Shown in pieces: positions 39,215-48,124 of a DNA stretch of 64,000 nucleotides; the stretch's first letter is position 1, and every line of letters begins with the position of its first letter. Below the pieces are notes generated by a model. That model was not told the DNA's origin. It saw nothing but the letters and a program-made list of their open reading frames with translations, and did not search any database. The DNA comes from a bacterium (GTDB lineage: Bacteria > Armatimonadota > Zipacnadia > Zipacnadales > UBA11051), in NCBI GenBank assembly GCA_030604405.1, contig JAUVVY010000013.1, positions 3,267 through 67,266 of the forward strand, read 5' to 3'. The position numbers and the translations under genes are program-made.

Positions 39215-39534
39215 CCGCCGGCATACCGACGCTCTCAAGCTGTCGCCCTGCTGTCAACACCGGCAGCGGTGTAGAGGCCATTTACTCGAGTCAGACGGAG
39301 CCGCGCTCTCTGGCTGATGACCCCCATCTGGCAGGAGAAACTCAGGCGCCAATGAAGAACCTTGTAACGAGCAATGGGGCACAGCGCCTCGTCGCAGGGG
39401 TGCGATCTGAGAGGTGGGCGTGTCCTTCCCAAAAAACCCAATACCGATGACCTTGCCCCAAAAGCGTGTCCAGGTTCAATGTTAGTATTTGTGGGAAATG
39501 TGCTGGACCATAGACTGGATAGGAGCAAGTAAGA

Positions 39535-41517
39535 ATGATTATGTACCGAAACACATTGATAGTGCTGTTGTGTTTGCCGGTAGCTGCGGGGGCCCAGTAC
39601 TCGCGGCCTGACCACGAGCCTCCGCCAGCCGATCTGGGGCAGACTTGGGTCGAGATCGAGGGTGAGGTCTATGGTGCCAGGCCGAACGAGCTGGGGCCCA
39701 TCGGCGGCGGAGAGGGCTATCAGCGGATCCTCACCGATGGTGACTACCGCGTTGCCACGGTGGACGAACTGATCGAGGCCCTTAAGAAAGCGCAAGCGGG
39801 CGAGGTTGTGTACGTTGAACCGGATGCCCAGATTGACTGCACGACGCTGGTGTTCGCCGAGAAGCTGGTACTGGAGGTACGCGAAGGGGTTACGCTAGCG
39901 AGCAACCGCGGCCACGAGGGCTCAAGAGGTGCCATGATCTACAGCGACGCGTTCGCCACCAGCAATCTGATAAGGGCTGTGGGGCCGAATGTTCGCGTTA
40001 CGGGCCTGTGGATTCGCGGACCGGATCCGAAGCGGAGGCTAGAGCATCACCGGCGCTCGTTCGATCCGGCCAGGGGAGATAGCAGTGCCCAGAGCGCGTA
40101 CTACTACAAGCTGGCGATGTCCGATGGCATTGCCAGCACGTTCTCGGGCCTGGAGGTGGACAACTGCGAGCTGTCCGGATGGAGCGTCACGGCTATCTCC
40201 TTGCCAAGCGGAACAGACCACCACATTCACCACAACTACATCCACCACAACCAGATGAACGGTCTGGGGTATGGCATGTGCATCAGTACTGCGACCGCAC
40301 TAATCGAATACAATCTCTTCGACTTCAACCGCCACTCAATCGCCGCCACTGGCCGAGTACCAAGCGGCTACGAAGCGAGACATAATGTTGAAATCGAACA
40401 TTCGCTCAGCCACAACTTCGACATGCACGGCGGGGGAGACCGGGGTGACGGCACCAACATCGCCGGTGACTGGATGAAAATCCATCACAATACCTTCCGC
40501 GGCAAACGGGTAGCGGCAATTGTGATTCGCGGAGTGCCTTGTGAGGGAGCGGAGATTCACAACAATTGGTTCTACCATGCCAAGCCCGGCAGGCAGGCTA
40601 TCGGCCCCTGGCCGACCGGCGGTGATACCGGTGTCGTTTCGCACAATAATGCCTACGGCCAGGAAAGGCCTGCCATTTGGGATGCTGAGTATCAGACCTA
40701 TCAGGAGGCCTTTGATGCAGGGATGGCAGCATACAAGGCAAAGCACTACGGGCAGGCAAGGGCGAGCTTGGGCCAGGCGCTAAGCCTCGCAGGCGACGGT
40801 GCCGAGCGGTCCAAGGCGCAGTTGTATATCGGACACTGTTACTCGAGGGAGAAATTCATCGGCATCGCCCGGGCGCAATACGAGGCGCTCCTCAATGCGA
40901 AGGACGCTGACCCGGATGACAAAGCGGTCGCGCAAAAGCGCCTCAAAGAGATTGAAGAGGCGGCAAGTGCGAAACCCGTGCAGGACTGGACCCTGGTTTT
41001 CAGCGATGATTTCGAGCGTGACGAACTGGGCGAGAATTGGAAGGTGCTTGCTGGCGACTGGCGTATCGAGGCGGGCAAGCTAGTCTGCGGGCCGGGCTAT
41101 TCGGAGATCGTCATCAACAAGACATTCCCCGGGTGCCACCGTATCGAGTTCGAGGCGATAACCCGCGGCGAAAGGCCCTGTGACTTCAGCCCCGTTATCC
41201 AAAGTGCGGGAAGGGGTTATAGTGGCGGCTACCTGATCCAGTTCGGCGGCCGCGCAAATACCGTCAATCGGATCCTTCGCGCTGATGAACCACTCGAAGA
41301 CAGGAGCGCTGATCGGTTCATCCAGGCCGGAGAGGTCCACAACATCGCTGCCGAGCTCGATGGCAATACGCTCCGGCTTACAGTGGATGGCAGCATCATT
41401 GCTGAGGGCCGCGATAGTGCCCCCCTGTTGGGCGAGGGCCACGAAATGGCAGGACTCTATATCCACTGTGAGACCACGGTGGACAACGTCAAGGTTTACA
41501 CATCGAAGCCCCGTTAA
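39535..41517 (+). CDS. secreted right-handed beta-helix / LamG-like protein (paralog of 34681-36687)
   Basis: Collinear with 34681-36687 over the full length. Its 5' leader resembles the 3' end of the BNR gene plus the leader found upstream of the first copy. Confidence 0.65.
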   Translation: MIMYRNTLIVLLCLPVAAGAQYSRPDHEPPPADLGQTWVEIEGEVYGARPNELGPIGGGEGYQRILTDGDYRVATVDELIEALKKAQAGEVVYVEPDAQIDCTTLVFAEKLVLEVREGVTLASNRGHEGSRGAMIYSDAFATSNLIRAVGPNVRVTGLWIRGPDPKRRLEHHRRSFDPARGDSSAQSAYYYKLAMSDGIASTFSGLEVDNCELSGWSVTAISLPSGTDHHIHHNYIHHNQMNGLGYGMCISTATALIEYNLFDFNRHSIAATGRVPSGYEARHNVEIEHSLSHNFDMHGGGDRGDGTNIAGDWMKIHHNTFRGKRVAAIVIRGVPCEGAEIHNNWFYHAKPGRQAIGPWPTGGDTGVVSHNNAYGQERPAIWDAEYQTYQEAFDAGMAAYKAKHYGQARASLGQALSLAGDGAERSKAQLYIGHCYSREKFIGIARAQYEALLNAKDADPDDKAVAQKRLKEIEEAASAKPVQDWTLVFSDDFERDELGENWKVLAGDWRIEAGKLVCGPGYSEIVINKTFPGCHRIEFEAITRGERPCDFSPVIQSAGRGYSGGYLIQFGGRANTVNRILRADEPLEDRSADRFIQAGEVHNIAAELDGNTLRLTVDGSIIAEGRDSAPLLGEGHEMAGLYIHCETTVDNVKVYTSKPR

Positions 41518-41675
41518 CCGTGCCAAGGGTTCACATGTCGCCCTTCGGAGGGGCCAGATAGTACGGTGCAACCACCGCGCCTCCGTATCCGGCCCAGCCG
41601 TCACCGGAATCCGCACACCCACAGATGATATCCAAGCAGTGCCCCATCTCGCGCTGGAACTGAAGGAGTGATGTC

Positions 41676-42728
41676 ATGGAGTCTCCCAGGAACACTGACA
41701 AAGACAGCCTGCCCGCAGGCGAACAGCCCTTCAAGGACGTGGAACGCTACGAACGCCCACAATACCTGCGACTGCTCTCGGGCAAGCTTTTCAGGACCGA
41801 AGACAAGGACTACGCCGCGACATCCGACGACGGGGAAACCTGGAGGAGGGGAGGACGCATCAACCCTTACAACATCGGACAGTGTCTGGATGACGTAGAA
41901 ATCCAGATTCAAAACGGCTCATACGAGGGCAGGCTCGTCAGCCCCTACTACCTCGAAATGGACGGGGACCACCCCGACTACACCCGCCAGCAGCGTGGCG
42001 GTTACGCCATTTGGAGGGGCAAGACGATCTGCCTGCAGACCCATACCCACGTCCCGGAAATGGCGGGCAGCTTCATGTGTTACAGTGACGACGAGGGCCT
42101 CACCTGGCAGACATCCAGGGGATTTCTGATGGGTTACTTCGACGACGGCCACCTCGGACACTGGACTTGCGAGGAGCCGGTGGTCGCGGAACTCAAGGAC
42201 GGACGGCTCCTCTGCTTCATGCGCTCCACGTGCGGGTGCATCTTGAAGAGCTATTCGAGCGACGGCGGGGAAAGCTGGACCAAGGTCGAGACCACCGACC
42301 TGGCGATGTCGAATTCCCCCTGTGCGCTGTGCCGCATTCCCACCACGGGTGACTTGGTGCTGGTGTGGAATCCGATGTCGGCGGAAGAGATCTGCCGCGG
42401 GTACCGGCGCGGTCGCCTCGCGCTTGCCATCTCAGAGGACGATGGTCAGACGTGGGGGCGTGTACGCACACTGGAACTGGTCCCTGGTCTTGAGGATGTC
42501 GAGTGGGTCGAGCCGCCTGCGGAACTCACTCCCATGGTGCGCGGTGGCAGCGGGCCCGAGGAGATCCTGAGCGAACTTCCCGATGGCTTCACGCACTACC
42601 ATTACGCCAGCATCTTCGCCTCCGAGGACGGCATCACCATCGGCTACATCGTCAGTTGCCCACCCGGCGGCGAGAAGGCATACTACCGCTGGCGCAAGTT
42701 TCCCATCTCGCAGCTCTACGAAGAGTGA
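41676..42728 (+). CDS. BNR/Asp-box repeat sialidase-like protein (no signal peptide)
   Basis: Asp-boxes SDDGETW, SDDEGLTWQ, SSDGGESWT, SEDDGQTWG. GAAGGAG RBS. Confidence 0.7.
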   Translation: MESPRNTDKDSLPAGEQPFKDVERYERPQYLRLLSGKLFRTEDKDYAATSDDGETWRRGGRINPYNIGQCLDDVEIQIQNGSYEGRLVSPYYLEMDGDHPDYTRQQRGGYAIWRGKTICLQTHTHVPEMAGSFMCYSDDEGLTWQTSRGFLMGYFDDGHLGHWTCEEPVVAELKDGRLLCFMRSTCGCILKSYSSDGGESWTKVETTDLAMSNSPCALCRIPTTGDLVLVWNPMSAEEICRGYRRGRLALAISEDDGQTWGRVRTLELVPGLEDVEWVEPPAELTPMVRGGSGPEEILSELPDGFTHYHYASIFASEDGITIGYIVSCPPGGEKAYYRWRKFPISQLYEE

Positions 42729-42860
42729 GGTGCCAGTACAATACCACTCCGCCCCGCGGGTGAGCTGGCGGCAGAGGGGGACTTTTGATCGGTCTGCGAG
42801 TTGGCCGATGGAAGGGCGTCGAACGCGGCACGGTAGAGGAGGCTCGCCAAGCCACGACGG

Positions 42861-44163
42861 GTGAATGCGAGGTCAGCCATGACAGCGGGAAACGAGAAAT
42901 GGCCCAACGCGGATGACTACGCGAACAACAAGAGTGAGTGGCCGGAGGAGCAAGCGGCGCAGCATCCCCACGGCCCGCCGGATGACGACCGGTGCCAGTT
43001 CAAGCTCGAGTCCACGTGGCCGCCAAAGAGGTGTGGCCTACCGAAGTATGACGAGGACGAAAACGGTGAGTCGCGCTGCATCTTCCATTCCACGCGCCAA
43101 GACCGCGAGCACGAAGAACTCCGGCGGGAACTGGAAATGGCCGTGAACAGGGAAGCCCATCTCGACAGCGCCAATCCCCAGGGAGCGCATCTCGGGGATG
43201 CCAATCTGCAGGAAGCCCATCTGTCGGGGGCCAATCTGCAAGGAGCGCATCTACGGGGCGCCAATTTTCAGGGAGCGGACCTGGCGAGCGCCAATCTGCA
43301 GCGAGCGTATCTGTCGGAAGCGGACTTGCGGAGAGCCCTACTGCTCGGCGCCAGGCTGTAGGGAGCGCATCTGTCGGACGCCAATTTGCAGGAAGCGGTA
43401 CTGGCGCTTGCCAAGCTGCAGGGAGCGAACCTCCGCGGCGCCAAGCTGACACGCGATATTGATCTGCGAAGGGCGAAGCTGGTCGGGGTGCATCTGCGCT
43501 GGGCGACGATATCGGCGGAAGCGGACCTCGACGGCGCGGACTGGGGCCATAGTTGCATCATCAGGGAGGAGGAACAAGAACGCCGAGAGCCGCGTGCCGA
43601 GCAACAGCCCGCGGCATTCTCTGACTGCGCGGCGATATATCGGCAGATAAAACGCTCGTATCAGGAATCGGCGGACTATCAGACGGCGGGCACGTTCTTC
43701 GTGCGGGAGATGGAGTGCCGCAGGATGCAGCTTGTGCTGAGAACGCCCGGCGGCATCTCCCTGTGGCAACGGCTAGCACGGCGCATAACGCGCGCCTTCT
43801 GGTGGCTGTCCGTGTTCACCTGCCGCCACGGCGAAGACCCCGGAAGACTGGCGCTCGCCATGGCCGGCGTAGTCCTGCTCTTCGCGCTCATCTACGGCCT
43901 CACCGGAATCCAGATGCTCGGCGATTATGCCATCAAGGAGGATATTATCTCGCCAGGCCTCGCGATGGGCCCACTCAGCCAGTAGCTGCCGCAGGCAGGG
44001 AGAGCCATCTACTTCTCTGGCGTTACCTTCACCAGCCTCGGCTACGGCGACATGCGGCCAACGCCCGGATGCGGCCAAGCCGTGGCGCTCGCCGAAGTCA
44101 CCCTCGGCGTCGTGCTCATCGCCCTGTTCGTCGGTTGCGTGATCCGCAAGGTCAGCCGGTGAC
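42861..44163 (+). pseudogene. pentapeptide-repeat-containing two-TM potassium channel gene interrupted by two in-frame TAG codons
   Basis: A single reading frame spans 42861-44163. Pentapeptide repeats A(N/D)LQ(G/E)AHL… run to 43358. TAG at 43359-43361 falls where the repeats predict CAG (Gln): …LQGAHL, FQGADL, LQRAYL, then RL*GAHL. A TM helix (…LAMAGVVLLFALIYGLTG…) precedes a second TAG at 43983-43985. The pore segment FTSLGYGD (the K+ selectivity filter T-x-G-Y-G-D) and TM2 follow, with TGA at 44161-44163. Confidence 0.55.
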
Positions 44164-44565
44164 GGCAACGGGGGAGAGACCGCCGAACACTCCGCCGTTG
44201 ACCGTGGATGCCCCTTCGACCGTTTCGCTCTTTGACCGCGGACGGCTAACCCGGACACACCTGTGCAGCGGTTCTACTTCCGCGCTGTGCGCCCGGGCCC
44301 AGCCGACGTGAGCTTCCGAGCGGGAGACCTTGCTGTGATTGGTGGTGCTGTTGTAAGCAGCCCAAGCTGTTGACTGTGAGCGAGTACCAAGACGAGTGCG
44401 GCGGTGTCAGGAGCCGGTGAGAAACCCTCAAATCTCCAGCTTCTGACCAATGAATGTTATCCGCACGGAGGACTTATGGCGCCGATCAGCCAATCTTGCA
44501 GACAGTCGCAAGCCAGGCAAAAAATTCCGGCCAACTAGATGCTCCGACTGCAGGGGGCTTGGTAG

Positions 44566-45612
44566 ATGCAAGCAGCCGTGTACTATGGGCCAGGGGATAT
44601 CCGTGTTGAGGATCGTCCCGCACCAAAAGCGACAAGCGCAAATGTGATCGTGCAAGTTCACTGTTGCGCAATATGCGGCACAGATGTCAAACTAGCCACC
44701 ATCGGACATCACCGCTGCACGCCGCCGCGCATCATCGGCCACGAGATGGTCGGACATATTGTGCACATTGGTGAGAACGTCCCGGGTTGGGCGGAAGGTG
44801 AACGGCTCACGCTAGCCACCACCGTGGCGTGCGGGGATTGCTCGTACTGCCGACTTGGCCTGGGCAATATGTGTCCCAATTCCCTCCCCATCGGGCTGCA
44901 GGCTGACGGCGCCTTTGCTGAACTGCTGGCCGTGCCGCCGGCGGCAATAGCGGGCGGCAACGTTATCAAGGTGCCCGACAACGTGCCCGATGCAGCAGCC
45001 GCCTTGAGCGAGCCGCTGAGCTGCGTCATCAACGCGCAGCAGATCGTCGGCGTGAAAGCGGGCGACAGCGTGCTGGTTATTGGCGGCGGGCCGCTGGGGG
45101 CCCTGCATGCGGAAACAGCTAAGGCGCGAGGGGCGACCAACGTGATGATCGTTCAAAGATCCGAACCCAGACTGTCACTGTTGCGCAAGTTGCCGGAGGT
45201 TCTGGTCATTGACGGCGCGCACGAAGACGTGGGCGACGCAGTCGACGAGAACACGGACGGATTGGGAGCGGATGTCGTCATCGTCGCGGCGCCTTCCCGC
45301 GAAGCCCAGGAGCAGTCAGTTTATTATGCACGCAAGGGCGGAGCAATCAGCTTATTCGCAAGTCTGCCAAATGGCGAGGCAGATATTACTTACGACAGCC
45401 GGATCATTCACTATGGCGAGCTTCGGCTTGCCGGGGCCTCCGATTCACGACCTGACCACGTTGCGCTGGCGGTTCAACTTATGGCGGAGGGCAAAATCGC
45501 CGCGGACGCGATCGTTACGCACAGAGTGCCTCTGGACAATCTCCACGAGGGCCTGCGGTTGATGGAAGAAAAGCAATCACTCAAAGTGCTGATCTATCCG
45601 CCCGGGGACTAG
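44566..45612 (+). CDS. zinc-dependent alcohol dehydrogenase (MDR; galactitol-1-phosphate/sorbitol/threonine dehydrogenase-like)
   Basis: Zn-ADH signatures CGTD…GHE (structural Zn CxxCxxC in GDCSYCRLGLGNMC) and GGGPLG nucleotide-binding motif. Confidence 0.8.
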   Translation: MQAAVYYGPGDIRVEDRPAPKATSANVIVQVHCCAICGTDVKLATIGHHRCTPPRIIGHEMVGHIVHIGENVPGWAEGERLTLATTVACGDCSYCRLGLGNMCPNSLPIGLQADGAFAELLAVPPAAIAGGNVIKVPDNVPDAAAALSEPLSCVINAQQIVGVKAGDSVLVIGGGPLGALHAETAKARGATNVMIVQRSEPRLSLLRKLPEVLVIDGAHEDVGDAVDENTDGLGADVVIVAAPSREAQEQSVYYARKGGAISLFASLPNGEADITYDSRIIHYGELRLAGASDSRPDHVALAVQLMAEGKIAADAIVTHRVPLDNLHEGLRLMEEKQSLKVLIYPPGD

Positions 45613-45683
45613 GGAAGGCGATGCGGGGAGCCGGGCTGGCGGCAGCGCCCAAGATTTGATAAACAGGAGGCGAACAACGGAGG

Positions 45684-46460
45684 ATGATGCTCCAGAACAG
45701 AGTCGCGGTAGTGACCGGCGGGGGCAGTGGCATCGGCGCAGAGATCTGCCGCACTTTTGCTGCGGAGGGAGCCGGTGTCGGTGTGGCCGACATACGTCTG
45801 GAAGCTGCGGAAGAGGTCGCAGAGCAAATCCGTCGTGCGGGGGGACAGGCACTTGCGCTTGCGTGTGATGTTGCCGATCGCCACCTGGTCGAAGAGATGG
45901 CCGATGGCGTCGAACGCGAATTGGGCCCGCTGGCGATCTGGGTGAATAACGCGGCTGTCTCATACATACTTCCATTTTTGGAGTGCACCGAGGAGATATG
46001 GGATCGGACTCTCGCCATTAACCTCAAGGGTATGTTCTTGGGCTGTCAGGCCGCTGTCCGGCGAATGCTGCCGCGCAGGCAGGGAGTAATCCTGAATATG
46101 TCATCCCAGTCGGGCAAGGTCGGTAACAGCCACTACGCAGCGTACTGTGCAAGCAAGTTTGGCGTGATCGGCCTCACCCAGTCGCTGGCGGTCGAGTTCG
46201 CCGCTGACGGGATACGGGTCAATGCTATTTGCCCTGGTGTCGTTTTTACTGGGATGTGGGAGAGGCAATTGGCGGACTACGCGCGCAAGAAGGGACTTAG
46301 ACCCGAGGAAGTTGGCCCGTACCTGGAGAGCAAGATCCCGCTGGGCAGGCTCGGTACGACGCAGGATGTTGCTCGCACTGCCGCATTCCTGGCAAGTGAC
46401 GATGCCAAGTACATAACCGGCCAGGCGGTGAACGTCTCCGGTGGCGCAGTTATGCGCTGA
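45684..46460 (+). CDS. SDR family oxidoreductase
   Basis: TGGGSGIG, NNAA, and the catalytic Ser…YAAYCASK (YxxxK). GGAGG RBS; ATG 45684 or 45687. Confidence 0.8.
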   Translation: MMLQNRVAVVTGGGSGIGAEICRTFAAEGAGVGVADIRLEAAEEVAEQIRRAGGQALALACDVADRHLVEEMADGVERELGPLAIWVNNAAVSYILPFLECTEEIWDRTLAINLKGMFLGCQAAVRRMLPRRQGVILNMSSQSGKVGNSHYAAYCASKFGVIGLTQSLAVEFAADGIRVNAICPGVVFTGMWERQLADYARKKGLRPEEVGPYLESKIPLGRLGTTQDVARTAAFLASDDAKYITGQAVNVSGGAVMR

Positions 46461-46604
46461 CCGGATGCGGTCTGGTCGAAGTGGCGCAATATGAGATACT
46501 GTAACCATCCCAACGACCTCGGGCTGCCCTTCGACGTTGCTCAGGGCCGTGAGCCTGCCGAACGGGAAGCTGAGAACTGACCCACGCCTCTGGCGTAGGT
46601 ACCC

Positions 46605-46635
46605 GCGTTCTCACCTGAGTGTGGCAAACAGGGCC
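46605..46635. promoter_or_regulatory. perfect 12-bp-stem hairpin/palindrome CCTGAGTGTGGC-AAACAGG-GCCACACTCAGG
   Basis: Exact 12-bp inverted repeat with a 7-nt loop, 46 bp upstream of the aldolase start. No downstream U-run, so it is more likely an operator or 5'UTR structure than an intrinsic terminator. Confidence 0.4.
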
Positions 46636-46681
46636 ACACTCAGGCCGAGCTACGCGCCGGTGACTGATGGAGGGCTGGAGC

Positions 46682-47608
46682 ATGATCGGCAGTGGTGAGA
46701 TTGTCATCAACGCTTTCAGACAGGGCCTGATGGTGCCGGCCTTCAACGTTCCCTACCTGCCCATGATTGAGCCGGTGGCACGGGCGGTGGCTGACGAGGA
46801 TGCCTTCGCCTTTGTCGCCGTTGCACGCCCGGAATGGATAAAGTTTGAGGCGATAGGACCGGCGGCAGTCGCGGAGGAGTTCGCCAAGTGGGACGACCCT
46901 GAGCATGTTCGGCTTCATCTCGACCATGTGCCGGTTATTGATGAGGATGATCTGCGCGTGGACTTCGTACCCATATTTCGGGAGGCGATTGATGTGGGAT
47001 ACCAGTCAGTGATGATTGATGCCTCCCGGCTTGACCTGGACGGAAATATCCGGGCAACCCGGCAAATTGCCGACATGGCCCACGCAGCCGGCATTGCCTG
47101 CGAGGCGGAATTGGGCGCTATTTTGGGACATGCAGCCGGGCCGTTGCCCCCGTATGATGAGCTCTATGAGTCGGGCATGGGGTTCACCGATGTGGCTGAA
47201 GCTGAACGCTTCGTCCGCGAAGCCGGCTGCGACTGGCTGTCGGTAGCCATCGGCAGTGTGCACGGTGCCATTTCGGGCGCTGCCAAGGACAAGAAGAAAA
47301 TCGAAGCGCGCTTGAACCTCGAGCACCTGGAGCGACTCAGGCAGGCCACCGGCATCCCGCTGGTGCTGCATGGTGGCTCCAGCGTAAAGCGGGATATGCT
47401 GCTGGCCGCGGTTGACCTGGGTATCGCCAAGGTAAATGTCGCTACCGAGATACGACAGGCCTACGAATCCGCTCTCCGCGAACGCGGCCAGGTCGCAGCC
47501 GCTCAGCAGGCGGTTTACGACCGCACTATCTGGCTGCTCCGCGATTACTTCGCAGTCTCGGGCACCAGTAAGTGTCTTACAACAGCAAATGAGAATCAGG
47601 CCCAGTGA
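46682..47608 (+). CDS. class II ketose-bisphosphate aldolase (fructose/tagatose-bisphosphate aldolase, KbaY/GatY-like)
   Basis: Class II aldolase motifs HLDHVP, VMIDAS, LHGGSS. GGAGGG RBS before 46682 (the ORF opens at 46667). Confidence 0.75.
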   Translation: MIGSGEIVINAFRQGLMVPAFNVPYLPMIEPVARAVADEDAFAFVAVARPEWIKFEAIGPAAVAEEFAKWDDPEHVRLHLDHVPVIDEDDLRVDFVPIFREAIDVGYQSVMIDASRLDLDGNIRATRQIADMAHAAGIACEAELGAILGHAAGPLPPYDELYESGMGFTDVAEAERFVREAGCDWLSVAIGSVHGAISGAAKDKKKIEARLNLEHLERLRQATGIPLVLHGGSSVKRDMLLAAVDLGIAKVNVATEIRQAYESALRERGQVAAAQQAVYDRTIWLLRDYFAVSGTSKCLTTANENQAQ

Positions 47609-47654
47609 GGCCGCCGGGCATTGACGCGGGCGTGCCCGGATTGGAGGAAAGGCA

Positions 47655-47906
47655 ATGACTGACTTTCCCGAATTCGATGCGGACAAGATTGACGAGGTTG
47701 CCATCGCTTTTCTGTTCTTCACCATGCATGACGACGGCTTCGGCGCTCGTGCGTGGAAGGGCTTCGCCTGGGAGATCCTTGACCGCCTGCACGAGAAGGG
47801 ATGGATCGGCAATCCGAAGAGCAAGGCGAAGTCGGTGGCCTTGACGGAGGAAGGAAAGCGTTTGGCAGAGCAATATGCACAGAAGCACTTCGCCCTGCCC
47901 GACTGA
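47655..47906 (+). CDS. small hypothetical protein
   Basis: 83-codon ORF with GGAGGAAAGG RBS. Compact acidic/aromatic sequence. Follows the aldolase gene. Confidence 0.5.
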   Translation: MTDFPEFDADKIDEVAIAFLFFTMHDDGFGARAWKGFAWEILDRLHEKGWIGNPKSKAKSVALTEEGKRLAEQYAQKHFALPD

Positions 47907-48124
47907 GCAACGGAATGCACGCCCCTCATCAACACCTCGAGGCACGTAGCCGCTTTCTAGCGGCCACGTACCTAGCCATAGCCGCGAGCAGATAACGGTT
48001 CGGCTGTGGATCCCATGTGCAGGTGTTGGCAGTAACCTCGGCGAATTCCCCCCGTAGTGACTGATGGCAGCAACATGCATAGGCGTAGCCCTGCCCGTGC
48101 ACAGATCTTAGGAGGCGTCTGCCG

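Noticed and set aside
42861-44163. Genome-wide TAG recoding (amber-to-Gln or pyrrolysine) to explain the two in-frame TAGs, given an MttB-family gene in the window
   Set aside because: Many well-supported genes here terminate in TAG at natural junctions (pdhA 10081-10083, pdhB 11074-11076, the ORFs ending at 4481 and 5365). The MttB homolog itself has no in-frame TAG. Local pseudogenization or site-specific read-through is more parsimonious.
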